DNA of 63,450 bases from Phoronis australis (Eukaryota > Animalia > Phoronida). The stretch spans positions 3,852 to 67,301 of the forward strand of contig NMRA01000203.1 in NCBI GenBank assembly GCA_002633005.1, in the 5' to 3' direction. The translations under genes and the position numbers were made by a program. The notes beneath the pieces were generated by a model. That model saw only the letters and a list, made by a program, of their open reading frames with translations, searched no databases and was not told where the DNA came from. Every line of letters begins with the position of its first letter. Position 1 is the stretch's first letter. Below, one piece after another: positions 39,401 through 49,200 of this stretch.

Positions 39401-42400
39401 TCAACTTGTCATTAAGCGCAAGTCAAACATTCTGTTGACATTCACATGGTCAAAAACTTATTTTGTGAACTTTTGATTTGTTTGATGACTTTTTACATAA
39501 TATGTTTTTGCTTCATTATTTTGGCAGCCAACGGAGCATCCCTATTGCCTAATAATAGAGTATAGTAGAGTCCTCCATTGTTGAGCACCTGCTTTGAACA
39601 AGAGTAGTGTTGGCTTTGAACTAAAAAAAGAAATATACAATGTATATAAAATGTTATATTGATCAAACTAAGTTCAAAGTATTCAGTAAGAAGACCTGTC
39701 AATCATTAGCACATATTTGGTTGCCTAAGTGTCCAGCAGGAAAAAAATCTTTACAAAATCAAGTGCTTCCCTTAAAAATACACCTGCAAACTATTAGAGT
39801 CCTCTTTGATCTGCCTTTTATCTAAAGAAACTTGCCCTTCTGAACGCACGCCTACCTGTAAGAATACCTTTGTTCTAAGAGATGACGGTCAGCGACCAAG
39901 GTACGTAAAAACTCAATCACGCTCGGGATCACAACGCCACTGTATTGTGTGCACTATTCCACTTCAAGCCGTCAAAGTCCGAAGTCCGTTACTTCAATCC
40001 GCCAACGTATATTTTAACTGATATGCTTGAAGTCCGACATCAGTGTAGCTCCGTGAGGGTAAAATCGGTCCTCCATGTCCTCCATGCAGTAAGCAACAAC
40101 TAAAGACTATTCAAAAATTTCGATTATAACCGCCCATGCTCGGCTTATCGCCCGCCCTGTTTTTTTTTAGGTTCCCAATTTAAGCGCCCTGGGTGGTAAC
40201 GCGGACAAGTACGGTACATGAAACATCAATCATAAAAGTGATTTCTAACTAAATGGATTGAGCACTTGACAGAAACTTTGAATTCAAAACTAAAAATTGT
40301 CATTTTCCAGTTTCTGGCCATGTGCTCATGCCCGTCACCAAGAGAATAAAATTGTGGAATTTGTGTACATACCGTTCTCTTGCTTGAATATTATACTTTG
40401 CTGTAACAAAACATAAAAGAAACAAGTAGGATGGCTTGTAAAACAATAATCAGCATCTTGGATTCAACAATAATCAGTATCTTGGATTCAACAATAATCA
40501 GTATCTTGGATTCAACAATAATCAGTATCTTGGATTCAACAATAACCAGTATCTTGGATTCAACAATAACCAGTATCTTGGATTCAACAATAACCAGTAT
40601 CTTGGATTCAACAATAATCTGTATCTTGGATTCAACAATAACCAGTATCTTGGATTCAACAATAACCAGTATCTTGGATTCAACAATAACCAGTATCTTG
40701 GATTCAACAATAACCAGTATCTTGGATTCAACAATAATCTGTATCTTGGATTCAACAATAATCAGTATCTTGGATTCAACAATCTTCACAATGTGCACAA
40801 AAATATTTACCTTAATCAGCATCAACTAATCTGTAAGAAGCATTTGTCACAGGGTGACCAAGCTGTCACCCATGGTACAAGATGCACACATTTTTAAGGC
40901 TAAATATAAAATTTTTTATGCAATGATTAGCCAAACAAATATCTTTTCAACATATATCGGAAAATGATAACTTAAAATGGCAATCAGCCCAGCTTCCATT
41001 GCAAAAAAAAACAACTCTTAATTTAGACCAATTACTCTTACTAAATTGGTTTACAAAGTTATTCTTTAGTCAAATTGGAGGTAACTTCACAGATCAAAAG
41101 AATAGGCAGTTCGGTGTATTGGCGTGTCATTGTGTGTCATTCTATGCATCGAGCATTATCTCAAGGAATAACAAACTGACAGCTCTTTGCAAACCCAGAA
41201 ATCACAGATCACCTTAGTAACTGCCAAGTTGAGACTAATTTTACAGTAGAAAGTGGTCTAAATAAAAACATTTCTTGGACGGAACACAGTGAATCTGTTA
41301 CTTGCTGAATTAGTTTTCTTGCTAACCTCAAAAATTATACCAAGGTCACCAAAATGGACTGGGAGCTGGAGCATCCCCACATAACCTCAGTACAAAATAT
41401 AAACAAAATGTAAAGATCACTTTTCAAGATATCGCACAAACAACATTTTTTCCAAATCGGTCCAAAATTCTGTCTTCCAGAATCTGTTATTGCATGCACC
41501 TCTGACGGTCATTAGCTCTACTTGTTTCATGATGAGGTGACGAGCACAACTACCCGAGTATTTCAGAATCTGTTACTGCAAGCACCTCCGACGGTCATTA
41601 GCTCTACTTGTTTCATGATGAGGTGACGAGCAGAACTACGTGAGTGGTATGAAACTGCAATGTCACTTAAAGTTAACACACATCAGTACCTAGCTGTATG
41701 AAGACTTGACAGAGACCACAGTCTCTAGCTGGCCCCAGTAGAGACAGTGAAGCAGCTTCACACGCCAGAAGCTTTCTGGCAAATTACGCTTCACACTGAT
41801 AACAACATCAAAGTCACGGTGTTATAAGTACCTTTTGCACATAGAGGGACACCGTAGGAGGCCATCAATGTCTTTAATCCCTTCCAACTCGAACAAACAC
41901 TCCTGCAATCAAACTTTTTCTTCGAACAGTTCTTTGCTCAGTTGCCCAAATCAGCGACTGGCCATTTTTAACACTGCACACGCTCCTTGCGGCCGCAGTA
42001 AAAATAGGAGTGTGTGCAGTGTACAAATGGTCAGTTGCTGATTTCAGCAACTGAACGAAGGACTACTTGAAGAGAAAGTTTGATTACTGGAGCATTTGTT
42101 CTAGTTGGAAGGAAATAAAGAAATCAATGGCCTCCTAAGGTGACCCTCTATGTGCAAAAGTTAAGACTTTGATGTTTTAATCAGTGTGAGGAAAAGTTTC
42201 CAGTGTATGAAGCTGCTTCACTGTCTCTACTCTATAGCCACAGCTAGAGACAGACTGTCTACTAGTACTGCTGTACGTGAACTTAGTGTTGTAGATGTGC
42301 TTCCGATGAATTATATGAGCCTCTGTTAGCTACTCGCTAATGGGCAATTGCCTATTAGCTGAATGGTTAGCACGCTTGCCGGTTTTATGGGGGTCGCTGG

Positions 42401-43364
42401 TTCGATTCCCGGGTCGGGTAATCTCGGCTATTACTACAAATGGCGTAGTCGGCAAACGGATGATCTACCGATGAAGCACTGCCAACTAGTACCCACGGAT
42501 CTCGGGACAGCGCGCGTGGAAGGTTCCAGGAGTCAAGGACCTGTATGTGAGACGACCTTGTGTTCACTTGTGTTGTGGTGGTAAAGGTACCAAGGGATGT
42601 TGATGACCTGTATGCGAGACATCCTGGTGTTCACCTTCCTGTCGCGTGCCCGTTCCGTAGGAAAGGGGGGAATGTTGTAGATGTGCTTCCGGTGAATTAT
42701 ATGAGCCTCTGTTAGCTACTCGCTAACGGGCAATTGCCTATTAGCTGAATGGTTAGCATGCTTGCCGGTTTTATGGGGGTCGCTGGTTCGATCCCCGGGT
42801 CGGGTAATCTCGGCTATTACTACATTAGAATCCTGCTAATCTCAAAATTGCGTATGCATGAACTTGGAATTGAATATTCATTAAGTCAAAAATGTGAAAT
42901 GTTTTGTTCATTTTAAAGAATATTAATATACAGTTATTGGTCTCCCTATCACCCACCTTCACTGGAACTTGTATCACAGAACTGGAGGAATGTGCGAACG
43001 CTTAATCATTTTTTGTTTGGTAGATAAAATCGCCGTAGTTGAACTAGGTTGGTTAAAATTTACATTGTTTTATGAACAAATCATTCGCTTTAGTGCTGGG
43101 CAAACTTTTATCAACGTGAAGGTGATTATGTCAATAATTATTTGACTTTTTTTGACTGAGAGAACTTTCTATATTCCATGCCGTGCATTGCAAGTTCACG
43201 GAGGTTGAAATGAGCTGAATGATGCCTGAACATCTATGTCGTCAAGATTTTAACGATTATCACTGATAGCAGACTGACTTTATTCCTGGAGTACGAACCA
43301 AATAAGAAAGGAAGCACGTTTATTCTTTTATTTGTAACAACATAGCAACTCCAGTACTCACCAT
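30434..43364 (-). CDS. WDR61: WD repeat-containing protein 61 (SKI8/SKIC8; SKI and PAF1 complex subunit), about 303 aa
   Basis: Eleven exons: 43364-43362 (ATG|gtgagt, least certain), 40400-40373, 38675-38570, 37931-37846, 36439-36353, 35538-35390, 34970-34877, 31952-31859, 31538-31433, 31005-30927 and 30526-30434. Peptides include [112 protein letters not shown] and NIYDCPPM*. The frame closes (912 nt) once a 13-nt N-containing insert at 31450-31462 is removed. Confidence 0.95.
32212..32320. repeat. 20-bp tandem repeat, about 5 copies
   Basis: Unit TATGAATTACACTCAATACA. Confidence 0.9.
33539..34080 (+). mobile_element. hAT transposon 5' fragment with a degenerate BED zinc finger
   Basis: TAGTGCTGCAGTGATT...AATCGAATC-type terminus. 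ORF 33742..34077 contains [27 protein letters not shown] (BED-like, second Cys lost). Confidence 0.55.
34331..34536. repeat. (GT)n/(GTGC)n microsatellite spanning a 126-N assembly gap (34368-34493)
   Basis: Directly visible in the sequence. Confidence 0.97.
36440..37845 (-). other. U12-type GT-AG intron in WDR61
   Basis: Minus-strand 5' site GTATCCTTTT at 37845. Branch TTCCTTGAC at 36459-36451, followed by TGTGTTGCCAG. The phase-1 join gives NGSMAASSSLD. Confidence 0.92.
38986..40214. mobile_element. 1.2 kb non-autonomous pogo/Tigger-type element
   Basis: CCGTACCTGTCCGGGTTACCACCCA ... TGGGTGGTAACGCGGACAAGTACGG|TA, with subterminal CCCATGCTCGGCTTA repeats at both ends. The left flank is AA rather than TA. 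Confidence 0.75.
40442..40782. repeat. 24-bp tandem repeat, about 14 copies
   Basis: Unit AACAATAAYCAGTATCTTGGATTC; it explains three repetitive ORFs and starts about 40 nt from the WDR61 exon 2 acceptor. Confidence 0.96.
41478..41640. repeat. About 86-bp direct duplication, 2 copies
   Basis: CAGAATCTGTTA...GACGGTCATTAGCTCTACTTGTTTCATGATGAGGTGACGAGCA at 41478 and 41564. Confidence 0.88.
41684..42270. repeat. Long imperfect inverted repeat (fold-back), arms about 270-300 bp, loop about 20 bp
   Basis: Matching arm segments include GTAGAGACAGTGAAGCAGCTTCA / TGAAGCTGCTTCACTGTCTCTAC, CTTTTGCACATAGAGGG / CCCTCTATGTGCAAAAG and ACACTGCACAC / GTGTGCAGTGT; the centre is near 41997. Confidence 0.9.
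42287..42824 (+). mobile_element. Complete TRIM (miniature non-autonomous LTR retrotransposon) with a tRNA-like sequence in each LTR (Helenus-like)
   Basis: TSD TTAG on both sides. LTRs 42287-42438 and 42673-42824 are 152 bp each, TG...CA, with 4 transitions between them. PBS TGGCGTAGTCGGCA at 42441 is complementary to a tRNA-Ser 3' end; PPT AGGAAAGGGGGGAA at 42659-42672. Each LTR has A box TAGCTGAATGG and B box GGTTCGATYCC. Confidence 0.95.
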
Positions 43365-43653
43365 TTTGGTAGATGGCGCTCTTGTTTCTTTCCTTTCAAA
43401 CAAAAAAGTAATGACCAGCCTTATAATAACCTCGTTCTTGATAATTTATTTGAGATAAAGAATTTTAAAAATATTTTTGTGAAATATGTTTTAATATTGA
43501 AATCCTTGTTCATTTTTGGAATGTGCTAAGGAAAAAAGTAGGTCAAATTCCTCTGTCATGGCGCCTTGGAGTTAGACGTCAACAAACAATTAGGCTGTCT
43601 ACAGCTTTGAAGCCAGTCTCCTAAAGTTCAAAATCTGTTGCGTGTCCTTGTGG
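43365..43653. promoter_or_regulatory. Probable bidirectional promoter / divergent first exons of WDR61 and the TTC23-like gene
   Basis: WDR61 ATG|gtgagt at 43364 (minus), and a plus-strand candidate non-coding first exon ending TGTGG|GTATGT at 43653/43654, under 300 bp away. Inferred from layout only. Confidence 0.5.
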
Positions 43654-43760
43654 GTATGTCGAGAAACTCACTCCTGCGGCATTAATGACAACGAGATTTG
43701 GTATATAATTTTTTGGGTCTTATTTTAAACGAAGTGTCAGGAGTTTCTTTTGAACATGTG

Positions 43761-43945
43761 CTGTGGGTGAACTTGAAATCCTGCTAATTTCAAGATCGCG
43801 TATGCGTGAACTTGGAATTGAATATTCTTTAATGCAATCAGGTGAATTTTTTTGTTCAGTGAAAAGAATCTTTGTAATTATCGGCCTCACGATCACCCAC
43901 TTTTGCCTTTACTGTAACTTGTGTCGCAGAACCGGAGGAATTTTT
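43761..43945 (+). repeat. Second, uninterrupted copy of the about 180-bp repeat that hosts the TRIM (first copy 42271-42286 + 42829-42992)
   Basis: CTGTGGGTGAACTTGAAATCCTGCTAATTTCAAGATCGCGTATGCGTGAACTTGGAATTGAATATTC versus CTGTACGTGAACTTAG[TRIM]AATCCTGCTAATCTCAAAATTGCGTATGCATGAACTTGGAATTGAATATTC. Confidence 0.85.
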
Positions 43946-43948
43946 GGG

Positions 43949-44680
43949 TAATTGTTTACAATATGACGACATTGACATACACATATGATTTCGGTATCGT
44001 TCGATTCCTTGCAAAGTTATCTTTCCAAAAATACACAGGGAATTTTCCTTCCCCGTTCCCTTAGTATTTTATCGTGAAATTTCTTCTCGCACTATTTCCC
44101 GGTACTCGGTAGTAATACCGCCATGTTGAATGGAAGGAGTCCCCTGGCGGTCAAAAACTGAACTAATCTTCCGCGACTTCTGCAGATCGTCACTTTTCAG
44201 AAGTTCAAACTGACTGAGACCCGCCTATCCCCTGCCCCAGTTACGGTCCCAAGGGTTCGAATTCGATCCTATGTCGACCCTGGTACGCATCTGTTAGCAA
44301 GAATCCGCGAAAAAAACCAAAGGTTGTTTTTGAGGTCCAAATTGGTGAAAATTTCATGGAAAATGGTCTAATGGTCACAATTATAAAAAATTAAAAAAGG
44401 TGAAATGCTGTTACTTGTCCTCCATATTATGTCAGGAAAACTTTAGTGGGAATCTCAGCGCAAGCAAACACCATTCAGAATCGAGTGATGCTGTAATCTT
44501 GAGTTCAGCTAACATGGCGGTGTCAACCGGAAAATAGTGCAAACCGAAATTCGAGGATAAAATACGGAGCACACGCGGTAGGGGAAACATTGATACATTT
44601 TTGGAGAGATAATGTTGCGAGTAATCGAACGATGCCAAAATCCTGTGTTTTGGTCAATGTCGTCATATTGTAAACAATTA
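43949..44680. mobile_element. Non-autonomous DNA element with long (about 180 bp) degenerate TIRs
   Basis: TAATTGTTTACAATATGACGACATTGAC ... GTCAATGTCGTCATATTGTAAACAATTA is perfect for 28 bp, and similarity continues inward to ACCGCCATGTT / AACATGGCGGT. True ends and TSD are not resolved. Confidence 0.7.
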
Positions 44681-46251
44681 CAAATTTTTGTATGGCTACA
44701 TCAATTACTGTTTGGTGAAATAGATCGCCAGTCATGGGTGCACCCAGGGGGGGCTCGAACAAGCCCCCCTCGATCCCCAATTTGGCGAATTGGGCAAAAA
44801 GGCCCGCCTCAGTTAAACAAAAAATCCAAGTAGACAAAAGTCCGCAAAGTCCACAGAAATTTGGCGCGGATGCACAATTGGCAGGCCTGAACCTAGTGGT
44901 CAGTTTTCTTGTTGTTTTTTAGTTCTTGTTCATTTTTTTTCAGTAAAAGGCCCGCGTAATGAAGAATTCGAGCCCACCTATATTTTCGGCTGCGCATGCC
45001 AGTAGTTGAAAAGGTTGCTTAAATTGACATATTAGTTTGATTTAGTGCAGTGCAAATTTTTTGAATGTAAACGTGATTATTTGATTGTACTTGTCAAGTT
45101 GCCTTGTGTATTCCAAGTTCATGATCTTAATTAAGATTAAGCTGGATTCCAAGTTCCCGTACAGCATGATGTCCAAAGCCAAAGGGGCAAGATTCACTGA
45201 GAGAATTTGTAACTGATGGAGAAATGGTGTTCATCAAATCACTGAGGTGGATTTCACCATTAAGCTGGGTACAAATGAAAGTCAAATGTGCTGATGTGGG
45301 TAAAAAACTGTCCGAATGAAATCTGACAAAAATTAGTGTTACTCACTGAAAACTACATTCTTCCTTGAGTAAATTCAATTATTTACCAGTTTTGGAAAAA
45401 TTAGTTTCGTTCAACAAATCATTGGAGCTGGTTTCATTTCCATGGTATTTTGATAGCAACAAACTGAATTTTAGAACAAAAGTAACATTTATAGGCATTG
45501 TGTTAGCAACAGGCCACCAAGTATTATGTGTAAAGAACCTATAAAGGAATTACTGTACATCAAGGAGTCATTGGCCATTTAGGATCAGCATGCTACTGAT
45601 TCTCTCAATAACATGCAGAGCTCAGTGAGCCTGCAACTATGGTGATGGTCAACTTACTATTCCCTGTATCTCTTGCTACTCGCATTTCACTACATGGATG
45701 TGACTTGACTGGTATTCGACACTTACTGTTTTATGAATAGATGAAACGTTGAATGAACATGAACTTTTTTATTTGTGTGGCGATTGTCCGTTTTTTAATC
45801 TTGCTGTTGCCAAAAAATGTAATTAACTCTTATGTTATCATATAGGTTATTGACAATTTTTTCATGAAAATTTTGTGAAATTGGAATGAAATAATTAGAG
45901 TGTTTAACCTCCCTTCATTCAAAGAAATTTCTGATTTAGACCACTTACCGTTATGAGTCTCAACTTGTTCTTTACTCAGATGAGATGTGATTTGTGGGTG
46001 TGTAAAGAACTCTAAAGTTGTTATTGTTGAAAGTCATGTTGGCTGTGACAACTCAACTTGTAGAGCCTGGTCTCAAGCAATAGCAAACTTTAATTTCTGT
46101 CCAAGCCAAGAAATCTCAGCTGATTTGAATTAGGAAATTAAGAGTAAAGATTTATTTTATTTCTGAATATTGCATTTTTGAAAAGAAAATTCTCTCTGCT
46201 TTAAAAAAGGCAAATTGTATGTTTTTTTTTCTACAGGATGTGAGAGCTGAA

Positions 46252-49200
46252 ATGAGTGAAGTAGAATCAGAAGATGAAAAACTGAACTCCCCATCTGGGG
46301 AACCTGTGATGGTGGTGGATATCAAAAGTAATCCCAGTGTCAGTGCAAGGTCTGACGTCAGTGCTGATAACGATACATTGAATGGGTAAAGTTTAAATTT
46401 AAGCACTTGGTAAACTGGTCTGGAATATCAATTTGACAACTAATTATTTGTGATTCATTTACTCAATTAAAGTCGTCTGCTTGCTTTGTCTCATGTTTTA
46501 TTTTGTGAATGTGCCTTATAAGTAATTTCTTGTTATTTTAATGTTGGTAAAGCGACAACAGGTGGCATACAGTAAGTTCAAATTATCTCTAGCTTATCAC
46601 ACTGGTTAAAAATGAGTACATTCATTATGACTGTTGTAACTAAGTCTTTCATGTCTGAAAGACAACATCTGAAACACATAATTACTAAACTTTTATGTAC
46701 CCACATATTTACATATGGGTGCATATTGCCCTCATCTCTGTCTGGGCATCCGTAGCTGTATCTGTCTGGCCGTCCGTAGCTGTATCTGTCTGGCCATCCG
46801 TAGCTGTATCTGTCTGGGCGTCCGTAGCTGTATCTCCTAAACCCCTCAAAGGATCGTAATGAGAGTTGAAAGATGTATTCTTATGGATCTGACGACGGGT
46901 GACGACGAATGTTGGCAGTTTTATTTTTTACGGTTTCCACTGTATCTTTGAAATGCTTTGATAAAATTTCATGAAATTAGGCAAATAGGTTTCTTTTAAG
47001 GAGACGACAACACCTTTCCATTTTCAGATGGCTTTGATGATTCTGCACCATCTAGTGGCCATTTTTTATGCGCCCACATATGAGTGCATATGGCCGTCAT
47101 CTATCTCTGGGTGTCCGGCGTTCGCACATGTATCTCCTAAACCCCTTATAAAATCTCTCTTTGGCAGATATGTTCCTATGAAGCTGATGACGGATGACGA
47201 CGATTTTCAGACTGATCTGACTACCACTGTGCCCTCTAGTGGCAATTTTGATTTTTTACGGTTGCCTCTGTATCTTTGTAATTCTTGGATGGATTTTCAT
47301 GGAATTTGACATATAGGTTTCTATTGTGAAGGTGACGACACCTTTACATTTTCGGATGTCATTGACGATTCGATTCTGTGCCATCTAGTGGCTGCTTTTT
47401 AAATTTTCGAGTCCAGTTTTTGGCATCCGCCTTTCTATCTACCAAACTGCTGGAAGGATCATTTTGAAAATTGGCATGTGTGTTTCTGATGAGAGGACCA
47501 CAGTTGACATAGATATTTGGGTGTGTGTTCCTATGAAGTTGACCACAGTTAATGATTCTATAACCAGGTCAACCTTACGCAAGAAATCCAGTTAATGAAC
47601 AAGGCCTTTAGAGAGAGGGCGGAAACGTCTGACTCACTAGACTCACTGTGCTTTTCAATAAATGATTGAAGACGATGACGAGTGCGCCGTATCTTCACAG
47701 TTCATCGATGGATTTTCATGAAATTTGGCAACTAGGTTTCTATTAAGGTGACGACAATGCCTTTTCATTTTCGAGAAGATGGTACGTATTGTGTACCTCC
47801 TAATGAGGAGTTTTAACAGTTTCAAATCCATTTTTGGCATCCACCTTAACCATCAAACTGCTTGGAGGATCATTATGAAAATTGCTGGATGTGTTTCTGA
47901 TGAGAAGGCCGCAGCTTCTGTTGATATTCGAATGGGTCACACTACTTTGGCGCCCCCTACTGGAGTTTTTTATGTCTACAGCCGTGTCTCTTTAACCTGT
48001 TTAGGATTTTTTTTGAAATTTGATGAACGTATTCCTATTTAGCTGACAACAATTTATGACACGTTTCAGACCCATTTGATTACCACTGGGCCCCCTTGTG
48101 GCAGTTTTAGTTGTTTACATTTGCCTCTATTTTCGTAGCTCATCGATGAATTTTCATGAATTTGGCTAATAGGCTTCTGTTAAGGAGATGACGATAGTCT
48201 TCCATTTTTAGATGGATTTGATGTATTTTTGCACCACCTAGTGGCTAGTTATATTTTTTGAGTGCGTTTTTTGTTCCCGATAAGAAAACCTTTGCAGATG
48301 GATTTGACAAGTGTGACGACTCCTGGTGGTGATTTTTGTCTTATTTGCTTCCTCGGCTGTAGCTCCTTACTCCTTTGAAGGATCTTTGTGAAATTTTGCA
48401 ATAATTATTCTTATATAATTATAAATGTCACTATGGCTTCATATGACTTTTGGATGCTCCTGACTATCGCTGTACACCCTAGTGGCAATTTTAGTTTTTA
48501 CATTATCTGTGTCTTTAGAGTTCTTTGACATTTTTATTGAAATGTGGCAAACCAGTTTCTGTTAAGATGACGTTAGCATCTATCCATTTTGGGTTGGATT
48601 TGTCGTATGCTGTGACACTTAGTGTTAATTTTTTGACACTAATAAAAAACCCTAGAAGCACACTGTTTGCGTTGCTGTCATGGGCGCATTTCAACGCTTG
48701 TTCTTAATAAATTTTCTAGTCAATTTTTAGCGTCCGCCTTCCTATCTGCTAAACCACTTGAAGAATCCTTATGAAAATTGGCGAGTGTGCTCCTAGTCAG
48801 GAGGCTGGGGCTGACATTGAATTTCAGACGGGTTTTACTACTTTTGTTTTCTAGTGATGAATTTTTGTGTCTGGCACCTTAACTCCGTGCAAGAACTGAT
48901 CCAAATACCAGTGTGCCCCCTAGTTGCAAAGTGATCTTTATGTTTGCCTCTGTATCTTCGGAGTTCATCAAATTTTTATGAAGTAGTCAATTAGTTTTCT
49001 ATTAAGGAGATGACAGTGCCTTCCAAATTGCCGGACAGATTTGATGCGTTCTGTGCCACCTGGTGACCATTCAAAAATTTGTGACTGTTTTTGACGTCTG
49101 CCTCTCTATCTGCCAAACCACTCAGAGGATCAATATGAAAATTGACGTTTATGTCCCTTATGCTAAGGCCCTGGCTGACATTGATTTTTGGATGTTTTTG

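Noticed and set aside
40391-40829. Hydrophobic repeat proteins (IVESKILV)n and (SILDSTIT)n
   Set aside because: They come from a 24-bp minisatellite in WDR61 intron 1.
42350-42419. Functional tRNA gene (also 42736-42805 and 16154-16215)
   Set aside because: A and B boxes are present, but the acceptor and anticodon stems pair poorly and the segments are parts of mobile elements.
30434-43364. WDR61 as a pseudogene
   Set aside because: The only lesion coincides with an N; all other exons and splice sites are intact.
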